A stretch of 64,000 bases of DNA from Candidatus Latescibacterota bacterium (lineage in GTDB: Bacteria; Latescibacterota; UBA2968; UBA8231): NCBI GenBank assembly GCA_965197905.1, contig CBDAOB010000004.1, positions 352,001 to 416,000 on the forward strand, read 5' to 3'. Numbering within the stretch: position 1 is the first letter of the stretch; each line of letters begins with the position of its first letter. This document shows positions 31,318-41,700 of the stretch, piece by piece. Made by a program: the position numbers and the translations under genes. Below the pieces are notes generated by a model. It ran no database searches. It was not told the DNA's origin and saw nothing but the letters and a program-made list of their open reading frames with translations.

Positions 31318-32480
31318 GCCGATCCGCAGTAACTCTGGGGATCGACCGTCTGCTGTCGGAAGCATTCCACCTGGTGGAGGGCAAGCGGGTAGGCCTGGTC
31401 ACCAACAGCTCCGGCGTGAATCGCGAGCTGGAGAGTTCGGCTGCCTTGTTGCATCGGACCAACGGGGTGGAGGTTTGTTTGTTGTTTGGACCGGAACATG
31501 GGCTGCGTGCCAGCGCTCCCGATGGAGAGCGTGTCGCCAGCGACTCTGACCCCGAGACCAGGCTTCCCGTCCACAGCTTGTACGACGACGATCGACGACC
31601 GACCGAAGCGGCATTGAGACAGCTGGACCTCCTTCTGTTCGACATTCAAGACGTGGGATCGCGCTTCTATACCTATCTATATACCATGAGCTATTGCATG
31701 GAGGTGTGCGCCGGCATCGACCTGCCCTTCGTCGTGCTCGATCGGCCGAATCCGTTAGGAGGTGAACGGGTAGAAGGCAACCTGCTCGATCCCGCGTTTG
31801 CCTCGTTCGTAGGTCGCTACCCGATACCGATTCGTTACGGCCTCACGATCGGCGAAACCGCCCGCCTCTTCAACAAAGAGTTCGGGATCGGTGCCCGGGT
31901 GCATGTAGTGGAGATGGCGGGGTGGGAACGGGAGCACTACTGGGAGGAGTGCGGTTTGATTTGGGTCCCGCCCTCGCCCAACATGCCGACGCCGGACACG
32001 GCCGTAGTGTATCCGGGGATGTGTCTATTCGAAGGCACCAACCTATCCGAAGGACGCGGCACCTCTAAACCGTTCGAACAGGTGGGCGCCCCTTATGTGG
32101 ATTCCCGTCGCCTTGTGGAGCGGCTGCGCGAGCTCGAGCTTCCCGGACTCAAGTGGCGTCAGGTGCATTTTCGACCGGAGTCTGGAAAGCACGTGGGGCT
32201 GGAGTGCCACGGCGCCCAGCTGCACGTGATCGACCGCCACACCTTCAATCCGGTCAGGACCGGACTCGAGCTTCTGGTGGTCGTAAAGGAGCTGTGGGCG
32301 GGGGAATTCCAGTGGCATCTGCCGCCGCGGGGGATCCATAACTTTGACCGTTTGATGGGCACCGACCGGATCCGAACCGATATCGATGCGGGAATAGCGG
32401 TCTCGCAGCTCTCGCAGGAATGGCAGAACGACTGTGATCGGTTTCTATCCCTCTGTGAACCGTACCGGATTTATGGCTAG
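31314..32480 (+). CDS. namZ: Exo-beta-N-acetylmuramidase NamZ family (DUF1343)
   Basis: VGLVTN, LFGPEHG, FDIQDVGSRFYTY, LDRPNP, WVPPSPNMP and EGTNLSEGRGT. Confidence 0.92.
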   Translation: MSRSAVTLGIDRLLSEAFHLVEGKRVGLVTNSSGVNRELESSAALLHRTNGVEVCLLFGPEHGLRASAPDGERVASDSDPETRLPVHSLYDDDRRPTEAALRQLDLLLFDIQDVGSRFYTYLYTMSYCMEVCAGIDLPFVVLDRPNPLGGERVEGNLLDPAFASFVGRYPIPIRYGLTIGETARLFNKEFGIGARVHVVEMAGWEREHYWEECGLIWVPPSPNMPTPDTAVVYPGMCLFEGTNLSEGRGTSKPFEQVGAPYVDSRRLVERLRELELPGLKWRQVHFRPESGKHVGLECHGAQLHVIDRHTFNPVRTGLELLVVVKELWAGEFQWHLPPRGIHNFDRLMGTDRIRTDIDAGIAVSQLSQEWQNDCDRFLSLCEPYRIYG

Positions 32481-32502
32481 ATTTGTGGCATTACCCCCCT
32501 GA

Positions 32503-32532
32503 TTGACACCGGTGAACCGTTTTTTTTATCAT
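32503..32532 (+). promoter_or_regulatory. Putative sigma70 promoter
   Basis: TTGACA-18-TATCAT upstream of the YqgE/AlgH gene. Confidence 0.55.
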
Positions 32533-32543
32533 ATGGTTACCTC

Positions 32544-33176
32544 GTGCAAAAAGGAGATAGTTTGGCCGTTTCCATGGTCCTGGAAGCCGGGACCTTCCTC
32601 ATAGCCTCTTTGAATCTCGAGGCGCCGAGTTTCAAGCGAACCGTCGTATTATTGTTGAAACACAATGACGAGGGCACCGTCGGTGTGGTGGTAAATCGAC
32701 CACTTGGGGAACGGATCAATCTATACTCCAGCGAGGAGCTGATTCAGTACACCTGTAACGCCGGCGCTCCAGAACCGACGCCGCGCGAATTGGGCAGCAT
32801 GTTTTTTCAAGGGGGACCTGTGGAGCCGGGCACGTTGGTTTTTCTCCACCGGTTGGATCATTCGGGCAAAGACGGCGCGCAACCCACCGAGGTGTGCCAG
32901 GGATTGTTTCTGGGTGGCGACCTCGATACCATCCGGGCTCACACCGCGGTAATGGACGTGGAACGCCCCATTCTGCGTTTTTACTTGGGATACGCCGGAT
33001 GGAATCCAGGACAGCTGGAAAACGAGATCTCGCGCGGGGCGTGGCACGTCTGTCCCGGCGATGTCGAGCTGGTGCTTGAGCCGCATCCCGACAAGGTCTG
33101 GCAGCAGGCGGTATACAGTCTCGGAGGCAAACACCGCCCCATGTCTTTCATACCCGACGATGTGTCCGTAAACTGA
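32544..33176 (+). CDS. YqgE/AlgH (DUF179) family protein
   Basis: FKRTVVLL..H...GTVGVVVNRP, GGPV and FYLGYAGW..GQLENEI; start uncertain. Confidence 0.92.
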   Translation: MQKGDSLAVSMVLEAGTFLIASLNLEAPSFKRTVVLLLKHNDEGTVGVVVNRPLGERINLYSSEELIQYTCNAGAPEPTPRELGSMFFQGGPVEPGTLVFLHRLDHSGKDGAQPTEVCQGLFLGGDLDTIRAHTAVMDVERPILRFYLGYAGWNPGQLENEISRGAWHVCPGDVELVLEPHPDKVWQQAVYSLGGKHRPMSFIPDDVSVN

Positions 33177-33202
33177 CTTCGAACTGCAAGTGTGGCGGAA
33201 GA

Positions 33203-34342
33203 TTGAGTAGCGGCCGGTTGTGGATAGGGATCTGTTGCGGACTCGTGGCGGCGTTGCGTCCTTCCACGGCACAGACCTTCGACCCGGGCGCCGATCCAGC
33301 CTTCGCCGCGGCCGTTCTGGTGGAGGCGGAAAGCGGCTCCGTGCTGTTTGCATATCGCGCCGAGACACCCCGGTCTCCCGCCAGTACGCAGAAGCTCCTG
33401 TTGCAGCTGGTCGTCATGGACCTGGTCAAATCCGGAAAATTCTCTCTTGACGAGCCGGTGAGGGTGTCTGCCCGCGCCAGCCGCATGGGCGGATCTCAAG
33501 TCTTCCTGAAGGAGGGCGAGTCGTTCTCCCTCGACGAAATGATGGAGGCAATTTCCATACCTTCCGCCAACGACGCTTGCGTCGCCGTGGCGGAGCACAT
33601 AGGCGGTTCAGTCAAGGGTTTCGTCGATATGATGAACCAACGTGCCGATGATCTGAAACTCACCGAGACGAGTTGCGTCAACGTCCACGGTCTCGACGAC
33701 ACCCCGAAACAGAGCGGCAATCGCACAACCGCCCACGACCTGGCGCGCATCACCCGGGGGTTGTTGGCTCACCCGGAGATTCTGGCCTGGTCTGCGGTCA
33801 GATACAAGCCGTTTCGCGACGGCAGGTTCATGCTCTACAACACCAACAATCTTCTTGGACGGTTCCGCGGGCTGGACGGCATCAAAACCGGGTACACGAA
33901 ACGGGCCGGCTCCTGTCTCGTCGCCACGGCCAAACGGGGCGATATGCGGTTGATATCGGTCATCCTCGGGTGCCGCAGCGAAAAGATTCGCGATGCCGAG
34001 ACACGCCGGCTCTTGAGCTGGGGGTTCAACAACTTTTCGCGCGTCCCGATCGTGCACGAAGGGGAGAGCATGGGAACGGTGGTGCTGGATTGGGGGATGG
34101 AACCCGAAGTCAAAGCGCGTACCGGAACCGCCGCTGTGGCCGTCCTGAGCACCGCCCAACAAAAACTGATTCGCCGACAGATACATCTTCCCGGCTTGCG
34201 TCCAGCCCCAGTGGAGGCCGGAGAGGAACTGGGCAGCTTGACCGTATCCCTGGGCGACAGCCTACTCGTCGAAGTGGATGTGGTCGCCGCCAAGAGCGTG
34301 GCGCGCATGGGGTTCTGGGATAAGTTCCTGAGCTTTTTCTAG
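33203..34342 (+). CDS. D-alanyl-D-alanine carboxypeptidase (PBP5/DacA family, S11)
   Basis: SxxK (PASTQK), SxN (SANDA) and KTG triad; signal peptide; C-terminal PBP5 domain. Confidence 0.93.
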   Translation: MSSGRLWIGICCGLVAALRPSTAQTFDPGADPAFAAAVLVEAESGSVLFAYRAETPRSPASTQKLLLQLVVMDLVKSGKFSLDEPVRVSARASRMGGSQVFLKEGESFSLDEMMEAISIPSANDACVAVAEHIGGSVKGFVDMMNQRADDLKLTETSCVNVHGLDDTPKQSGNRTTAHDLARITRGLLAHPEILAWSAVRYKPFRDGRFMLYNTNNLLGRFRGLDGIKTGYTKRAGSCLVATAKRGDMRLISVILGCRSEKIRDAETRRLLSWGFNNFSRVPIVHEGESMGTVVLDWGMEPEVKARTGTAAVAVLSTAQQKLIRRQIHLPGLRPAPVEAGEELGSLTVSLGDSLLVEVDVVAAKSVARMGFWDKFLSFF

Positions 34343-34368
34343 AAATCACCCGGCCTCTTGCGTGCCGA

Positions 34369-34800
34369 TTACTTGTGGTATCGCCCGCCGTTGAGGAGAT
34401 CAAAACTCCGGTACAAAACCTCCAGCAACACCACCCGCGCCAACTGGTGCGAACAGGTGAGGCAAGAAAGCGACCAACGCTCCTGCAGCTGGGCTTCCGC
34501 GGCAGCCGGCATGCCCTCTGGGCCACCGATCACAAGCAGAAGGTGGGAGTTGCCGGTGTTCATCAGGTCTTGTAGTCGGGTTGCTAATGCCTTCGAGTCG
34601 TGCTGTTTGCCGTCGACGAAAAGACCGATGCAGAAGGCCGATTTGACGAGATCAAGTGGCAACTGTGACGACTTGGTCCAACTCTTGATTTCGCGCACTT
34701 CGATTTGGGCGAATCGCGAAAGTCGTTTGATGTACTCCGCTTCCGCTGCCAGGTAGTCCGCATTTCTATGTTTCTGGAAGGATACGATCGATATCTTCAC
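34369..34800 (-). CDS. rlmH: 23S rRNA pseudouridine-1915 N3-methyltransferase
   Basis: EYIKRL, IGGPEG, WSLS.LT..HQLARVVLLE..YR and C-terminal YHK. Confidence 0.92.
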   Translation of the reverse strand: MKISIVSFQKHRNADYLAAEAEYIKRLSRFAQIEVREIKSWTKSSQLPLDLVKSAFCIGLFVDGKQHDSKALATRLQDLMNTGNSHLLLVIGGPEGMPAAAEAQLQERWSLSCLTCSHQLARVVLLEVLYRSFDLLNGGRYHK

Positions 34801-34815
34801 GGTCAGGAGATTCTC

Positions 34816-34844
34816 TTGATGAGGTGGATCCCCTAATCTATATT
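34816..34844 (+). promoter_or_regulatory. Putative promoter of tRNA-Val
   Basis: TTGATG-17-TATATT, 30 bp before the tRNA. Confidence 0.55.
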
Positions 34845-34874
34845 TGGACCCTGATACAGGAAAAGATATGGAGT

Positions 34875-34951
34875 GGGCGATTAGCTCAGGTGGTTAGAGT
34901 GCCTGCTTGACATGCAGGAGGTCGCTAGTTCAAGTCTAGCATCGCCCACCA
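34875..34951 (+). tRNA. tRNA-Val(GAC)
   Basis: Acceptor GGGCGAT/ATCGCCC, D arm TAGCTCAG.TGGTTAGAG, anticodon arm CCTGC-TTGACAT-GCAGG, T loop GTTCAAGT and encoded CCA. Confidence 0.97.
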
Positions 34952-34956
34952 TTTAG

Positions 34957-34994
34957 GAGCCTTCAGACATTTAGTCTGAGGGCTCTTCTTGTTT
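34957..34994 (+). terminator. Intrinsic terminator after tRNA-Val
   Basis: GAGCCTTCAGAC/GTCTGAGGGCTC stem followed by TTCTTGTTT. Confidence 0.8.
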
Positions 34995-35185
34995 GACACA
35001 CCTTCTTTCTACACATTCGATGCGTCAGGCGTGAGAAGGCTGGTTCCGCAGTACAGGCGAAGCGTCTTGGCGACGTTAATGACCGTACTCTGCCTGATCG
35101 GCCTTGATTGCGTGGCGATAAGCCTTGAACAAAGCAGCCAGGCATAACTCGCGAGCAACGCATTACACAATTTTGACAGCGCTCG

Positions 35186-36565
35186 ATGCAAGGCAGCCTA
35201 TCCATGCCAGAATCAGCTAAGAGAGAAAGAGCCCCCGCCAAGGAGATTTTCGGCTGGGCCATGTTCGACTTCGCGAACTCGGCCTATACAACAGTGATCA
35301 TCACAGTTGTCTTCGCTGTCATTTTTCCCAAAATCCTCATCGGCCCGGATAACCCAGGTGCGGCAGTTGACAAGCTCACCTATACCCACGGCAATTGGCT
35401 CTGGAGTGTGGCCCAAGTGAGCGGCTACCTTCTGGTTGTGATTAGCGCCCCTATCTTTGGCGCCATTATGGACTACTCAGCTTCTAAGAAGCGATTCTTG
35501 GTTGCCAGCTACGCCCTGACTGTTCTAACGACGGCAGCACTCTATTTTGTTACTCCGGGCCAAGCATGGCTGGGGATTCTCTTGGTAGCGCTTTCGCTTT
35601 TCGGATTCCTGTCCGGTGAGAACTTCGTTTCTTCTTTCTTAATCGACCTTGGTCCGCCTGAGGATCTGGGCAGGATCTCCGGCATGGCATGGGGTCTGGG
35701 CTACTTTGGCGGTTTGGCATCTACCGTGTTAGTGACCACAATCGTCGGCGACGAAACCGTAGAAAACATCGGAATGCTTAGATTCGTTGGGCCTATCACA
35801 GCCGCGTTCTTCATGATCGCAGCTATCCCCACCTTCCTCTGGGTCAAGGAGCGGGGTAGTGCCCAGGAACTTCCCGCCGGTGCTAGCTACTTGACGGTCG
35901 GGTTCACACGATTGCGCCAGACAATCAGCGAGGTCGGTAAATTCCGCGACCTCTCTGTCTTCTTGATATCTGTTTTCTTTGCGATGGCAGGGCTGATCAT
36001 CGTAATCTCCTTTGCTTTCATCTACGGCGATCAGGTGGTCAAATGGTCTCCGGGCACGAAAAAGATCATGTTTATCGTGTCGCAAATAGCCGCCGCCGGC
36101 GGTGCACTACTGTTCGGGTTTGTTCAGGACCGCCTGGGTGCAAAGAAAACCTTCAACATTACGCTGGTTCTCTGGGTTGTAACGATCACCTTGATATGGG
36201 GTACAAACGACTGCACCGCGTTCCTGAACGGCGTCCTCGGCACCTCAATGCACCCGCAGTATTTCTTTCTCTTCGTCGGCTCGCTGGCAGGCATGGGACT
36301 CGGCGCTACACAATCAGCAAGTCGAGCGATCGTCGGCATTTTTTCGCCCGAATCGAAATCCGGCGAATTCTTCGGCTTCTGGGGCTTGTCGGGAAAACTC
36401 GCCGCAATCCCCGGTCTCGTGACCCTCGGTTATTTGCAGACGTTGCTCGGATTGCAGAGCGCGATCCTCATCTGTTCTGGGTTTTTCTTCATAGCTTTGC
36501 TGGTGAACATGGCCGTCAATGAGAAACGCGGACTCCAGGCTGCCATCGAACACGAGGGCGAGTAG
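35186..36565 (+). CDS. MFS transporter (UMF1/BtlA/Atg22-like)
   Basis: WAMFDFANSAY, GRISG..WGLGY.GG, QSASRA and EFFGFWGLSGK; about 12 TM segments; start may be 35204. Confidence 0.9.
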   Translation: MQGSLSMPESAKRERAPAKEIFGWAMFDFANSAYTTVIITVVFAVIFPKILIGPDNPGAAVDKLTYTHGNWLWSVAQVSGYLLVVISAPIFGAIMDYSASKKRFLVASYALTVLTTAALYFVTPGQAWLGILLVALSLFGFLSGENFVSSFLIDLGPPEDLGRISGMAWGLGYFGGLASTVLVTTIVGDETVENIGMLRFVGPITAAFFMIAAIPTFLWVKERGSAQELPAGASYLTVGFTRLRQTISEVGKFRDLSVFLISVFFAMAGLIIVISFAFIYGDQVVKWSPGTKKIMFIVSQIAAAGGALLFGFVQDRLGAKKTFNITLVLWVVTITLIWGTNDCTAFLNGVLGTSMHPQYFFLFVGSLAGMGLGATQSASRAIVGIFSPESKSGEFFGFWGLSGKLAAIPGLVTLGYLQTLLGLQSAILICSGFFFIALLVNMAVNEKRGLQAAIEHEGE

Positions 36566-36797
36566 CCGGTGCAACGTCCGCCAACCGCATGGCCTCGCAA
36601 TCACGATTCGTCGATCGCGATGTATACGAGACAGCTCGACATAGACGCATTGCTTGCAACGCTGGAGATTGAGGAGGCGGAGCAAGAATAGATTTAGACA
36701 GCGCGGCTATCAAAAAAATCGCGTCCGCTTTTCGTGTCCGAGATCTTCCGGCGTTACAGAGTCTAGGAAGCGAGGGAATTGATTTTGTCAATTTCGA

Positions 36798-38654
36798 TTG
36801 CGAAGTCGTAAAATCGTGCTGACGAAGAGGATTTCTGGGCATTTGGCCCACGTCGAAGCGATTCTGAACACAGTTGGCGAGGCGATCATCACCGTGGATA
36901 CCTCGCAAGTGATCCGGCTGGTCAATCGGGAAGCCGAGCGCATCTTCGGGTATGAGCCGGATGCGCTTTATGGGGTGCCGCTTGAGGCGTTGATGCCTGA
37001 GCAATACCGCGCTCGTCACCACGCCGGTTTTTCCAGGGCCGTATCAAACGAGGAACTTCGGACCTCTGCAGACTACCTGGAACTGGAGGGTCTTCGCAAG
37101 GACGGAGTGGTCTTTCCCCTGGATATTCGCTTTACCTCACTGGTGGTGGAGGGCGAACGATTCTTCACGGCTTCGATACGGGACATCACGGAACGGAAGC
37201 GGGCACAGGCGGAGCAGCAGAAGGCCGAAGCGGAGGCGGCGGCGGCAGAGCAAGCTAACCGAGCCAAGAGCGCTTTTCTGGCCAATATGAGCCACGAACT
37301 ACGCACGCCGCTCAATGCCATCCTCGGCTACGCCCAGATCCTCAGCAAGGAAGAGGGGCTGAATGAGAAGCAGCGAAGTAACATGGCGACCATCCAGCAC
37401 AGCGGGGAACACCTGTTGTCGCTGATCAACGACATTCTCGACATGTCGAAGATCGAAGCTGGACGCATCGAGCTGGAACCGAACGAATTCTCCCTGCCGG
37501 AACTGCTGGACACCCTGGCCCTCGTCTTCCAGGCGCGTGCCGAACAGATAGGGATCCAGTTCTCCTACGAAACGCTCACCGAGTTGCCGGTCGGTGTACG
37601 GATGGACGAGCGGAAGCTGCGTCAGGTGCTGATCAACCTACTGGGCAATGCGGTGAAGTTCACCGACGAGGGGAGCGTGTTGCTCAAGGTGGGGTACAAG
37701 GAAGCGAAGCTGCGTTTCCAGGTGGAAGACACGGGGATCGGAATCGCTCCGGAGTCTCTGGAGGAGATCTTCGAGGAGTTTAAGCAAGTGACGGATCCGA
37801 ACCACGCGACCGAGGGGACAGGGTTGGGACTGCCGATCAGCTCGAAGCTGGTCCAGTTGCTGGGGGGAGAGCTGCAGGTAAAGAGCGTGCCGGAAAAGGG
37901 GAGTGCGTTCTGGTTCGAGCTGGAACTGGAGGAGGTGGAAAGTTTCGTTCCGGCGGTAGAGGAACGAGAGCGCCGGGTGACCGGATTCCGGGGTGCATCC
38001 TGTAAGGTGCTGGTGGTGGATGATGTGGAGGGCAATCGCTCGGTACTGGTCGACCTGCTGCAGCCGTTGGGATTCGAGGTGCGGGAAGCGGTTAACGGTC
38101 GGGACGGGATCGATCAGGCAATCGACTGGCGTCCGGGCGTGATCTTGATGGATCTGCGCATGCCGGTGTTGGACGGCAATGCGGCGATGCGGGAGATCCG
38201 TCAGCAGTCGTGGGGTAAGGAGGTAGTGCTGATCGCGGTGACGGCGAATGCATTCGAGGTGAATCGTCAGGCGAGTTTCGAGGCGGGGGCGGATGGTTTT
38301 CTGGCGCAGCCGTTCCGTGTGGGACAGCTTCTGGATCTTCTGGCGGAGCATCTGGGACTGGAGTGGGAATACGCAGAGGAGGCCGTCGTCGAGGAAGGAG
38401 TTGATTCGGAATGGATTCTGCCTTCGGGGGAAGAGCTGTCGGGATTGATGCAACTGTCCCTGGCGGGCAACCTATTGGGGATCGGGAAGCGGGTGGACGA
38501 GTTGCTGGAGACGGATGCTGAGTTGAAGCCGTTCGTCCTCCACCTTCAGCAGCTGGTGAAGGAGTTCAAGGTGGGCGAGATCCAGGACTTCCTCCGGCCC
38601 CTGGCCGGATCAGGGAAGGGTAAGGAAGAACGCGCAGAGAAGGAATTAGAGTGA
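36798..38654 (+). CDS. Cytoplasmic hybrid sensor histidine kinase (PAS-HisKA-HATPase-REC)
   Basis: FixL-like PAS (LMPE.YR.RH), [30 protein letters not shown] and REC (VVDD, LMDLRMP); start uncertain. Confidence 0.92.
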   Translation: MRSRKIVLTKRISGHLAHVEAILNTVGEAIITVDTSQVIRLVNREAERIFGYEPDALYGVPLEALMPEQYRARHHAGFSRAVSNEELRTSADYLELEGLRKDGVVFPLDIRFTSLVVEGERFFTASIRDITERKRAQAEQQKAEAEAAAAEQANRAKSAFLANMSHELRTPLNAILGYAQILSKEEGLNEKQRSNMATIQHSGEHLLSLINDILDMSKIEAGRIELEPNEFSLPELLDTLALVFQARAEQIGIQFSYETLTELPVGVRMDERKLRQVLINLLGNAVKFTDEGSVLLKVGYKEAKLRFQVEDTGIGIAPESLEEIFEEFKQVTDPNHATEGTGLGLPISSKLVQLLGGELQVKSVPEKGSAFWFELELEEVESFVPAVEERERRVTGFRGASCKVLVVDDVEGNRSVLVDLLQPLGFEVREAVNGRDGIDQAIDWRPGVILMDLRMPVLDGNAAMREIRQQSWGKEVVLIAVTANAFEVNRQASFEAGADGFLAQPFRVGQLLDLLAEHLGLEWEYAEEAVVEEGVDSEWILPSGEELSGLMQLSLAGNLLGIGKRVDELLETDAELKPFVLHLQQLVKEFKVGEIQDFLRPLAGSGKGKEERAEKELE

Positions 38655-38771
38655 CCAGAGCGGAGTCGGCATTCGTACTGTGGAGTGGGCTCTTACCGAG
38701 CCTAATGCACGACTCGTATTCCAGTGCGTTCGCAAGGCCTATACACACCCCGTTTGTGTTGGAGGCTGGCG

Positions 38772-41700
38772 ATGTTCAGATATATACCTGCTCTATTTGT
38801 TCTGATCCTGGCAGCCGCTAAGTGGTGGGCGGTTCAGCCCTATCAGCCGGTTCAGCCCGATCCCGTATTGGAGCCGTGGCGGTGGCGGATGTTTTCGGAG
38901 TTACTGGAGCAGGGGCTTCGCTGTATGGCTGAAGCCCGTGATGGGACGATGTGGTTCGGGGTTGACCAGGGCGTCATGTCTTATGATGGACTCACCTGGG
39001 CGTCCTATGGTCCTCAAGACAGCCTTTTGGGCGCACCTGTCAATGTGTTACGCGCTGCCCGAGACGGCAGTGTTTATGCAGGTTCAGATCTTGGCATCAG
39101 TCGATTTCACGATGGGCAATGGCAGCGGGTCTTTCCTCCAGAAGAGGATATGCCGTGGCCAGTGGATGAGATTTTGGAGGATGCTGAAGGCAGACTTTTG
39201 GCAGCCACCGCCTGGGGGTGTTGCGGCAAAACGGAGAGGGCTGGACGCTGCACACCACTGTCGATATGGGCAAAGCGCTTGAGATGACACCCTACATAGA
39301 CCTGGCTTTTGTGCCAGATGAGGTTGTACCGGAGCGGGCATGGACATTTGGAACTGGAATCAAGGTGATCAAGGGGGGATACTTAGGGATTAGCCGCGGG
39401 AGTGTTTCGATGCCGATCTGGGCTCTCGCTCCCGGAGGCCCGGGAGAGGCTGCAGGCCTGGAAGTAGGCGATCAAGTTCTGGAGATTGATGGGCGGGTTC
39501 ACCCTTTGCCCCACCTAGCCCTGAATGGGCAAGGGAAGCCCGTGAAGCTGGTTGTCCGTCGAGCAGCTGGATCCGAGGCTTTTGAAGTGACGCTGAACCG
39601 AAGTGAGATTCCCAAAGGCTCGGTTCGCGAATTTTCGGTGTCGGATATCTATTTGAGCCGGGAAGGGGATCTTTGGGCGGGGCTTTCGTGGGGAGGAGAA
39701 ATCGCGCGGCATACACCGCACAAAGAGAGTGGGGCCTCCTGGCAGGTCTATACGGCTCGGGATGGGTTGGGACCTGGTGACCGTCCCCGCATAACTCAGA
39801 CACAGGACGGAGCGATCTGGACGGTTTCCAACCATTTCGTGGCACATATCAATCGGTTCGATGGGGAAAATTGGTCGCATCTCTCCCCAAGCGAACTCAA
39901 GAATAATAACATCCACACATCGCTTCTGGAAACCCGGGATAGAACGCTCTGGATCGGGGGACAACAAGGCAGACTGTTTGCCTTTCGAGATAGTACATGG
40001 CAGATGTGGACGGAGACCCAACTGCCTATCTCCGAGGCTCGGGTGACCGGGCTTTTGGAGACAGCCGATGGGGCGCTTTGGATAGCAGGGCTGGGCTTGG
40101 AAGCTGCACGGCTGGATTATCGCACCTCCAAATGGACCGGGTTTGAGGGATTGCATTTCCAATGTGAAGCCTCGGATGGGACACAGTGGTTTATTTCAAA
40201 GGATATGAAAATCGTCCGTTTTGATCGTTCCAGACCGGATGGGGAGATGTGGGTTCAGTATGGAATACAAGATGGGATTATGGATAACCCCACCGCTCTA
40301 CTGGTGACCGGGAAGGGAGTCGTATGGGCGGCTGGGGGGCATGAAGGAGAGGCGGCTTCCGCTCGTTTCGACCGCACCGGATGGATCCGTAGAACCTATC
40401 CTGGATTCACTCAGAGTATTGGCGGACAATCGTTTTTTGAGTCTTTGGATGGATCGCTATGGCTGGGGGCTGCGGTGGGTAGAGACACCGATTCGGGGCA
40501 TCTCGGAGGCGTTTTACAACTGAAACGGTCTGAAGAAACCGGAATGCCTGTGTGGGTTCACCACACGCCGCCGGAGGCACCCTCATATGCCTATGGTATT
40601 AGTCAGACGTCTGACGGGGTGCTTTGGTTTTTGGGATCGCGCCTGTACCGTTTCGATGGTAAGACCTGGTCTTGGATGCGGGAACCGCGTGTGCTAAGCA
40701 CGTTTTTACACGGGATTTGGGGAACGGGAGAAGGGGGACTCTGGGTGGGGACACGAGCTTATGGGTTGTTCCATTTTGATGGGCAAGATTGGACCCGGCA
40801 TGGGGTGCGGGACGGACTGTCAAGCAATCGGATTAGGGTGATCCTTCAGACGGACGACAAAAGTGTGTGGGTGGGCACGGACAAGGGCATTAGTCGCTTC
40901 GATGGGCGCACCTGGATGACCCATGCGCTGCCTGCAAAACTTGAGGTTGGAAATGAGTCCCTTCGAAAGGGCCGGGATGGATCCCTCTGGATTAATGCGG
41001 GGGAACGTGCGAAGACGACCCGATATAGATTTGAAGTCAGCCCGCCGGAGACAGAGATCACGGTCTCTGTAGACCGGGTATCTCAACCTGGAAACACCTC
41101 TCTGTCCTGGCGGGGAACCGATCCCTGGGGGGTTACTCCGCGGTCGGAACTCCAATATGCTTGGCGGCTCGATGAGGAGTCGTGGTCCTCATTTTCCGCA
41201 GAAGTGAATACGACCTTACTGACTTTGCCGAGTGGTCAGCATACGTTTGAGGTCAAGGCTCGGGATCGGGATTTTAACGAGGACCCGACCCCTGCGGCGG
41301 TCCGTTTCACCGTGGTTCCGCCGATCTGGCAGGAGCCCTGGTTCATTGCGATGGTCGTCGTGCTGATCGGTGGTATCGGGCTGCAGACCGGACGTGTGAT
41401 CCTGCGGGATCGGAAGCTCCAGGAGTCGAATGAGGGTCTGCAGAAGACCGATGACCTGACCGTGGAGGCGACATTAGAGCGGGTACGTGCGGAGGCATTG
41501 GGGATGCAGGCGAGCGAGGATCTCCACACCGTCAGCGCCGCTCTGTTTGAAGCCTTTGAGAGCCTGGATTTTGCCATGCTTCGTTTTGCAATCACCATTG
41601 TGGATGATGAAGCCGATACAGTGCTGGAGTTTCCTGTCCGAAAAGGCTACGATGGAAAACATATTTACAGGTTTTCCTTGAGGGAGTGGTCGGAGGGAGT

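Noticed and set aside
35000..35185. Possible decayed element or riboswitch between tRNA-Val and the MFS gene
   Set aside because: Has GCCTTG and GTAC words, but spacing does not match the 52-nt core; no TIR or recognisable riboswitch motif
36563..36709. Possible fifth hairpin element after the MFS TAG stop (TAGCCG...CGGCTA, internal CAACGC)
   Set aside because: Only a 6-bp TIR, no CAAGGCG and shorter length; at best a heavily decayed copy
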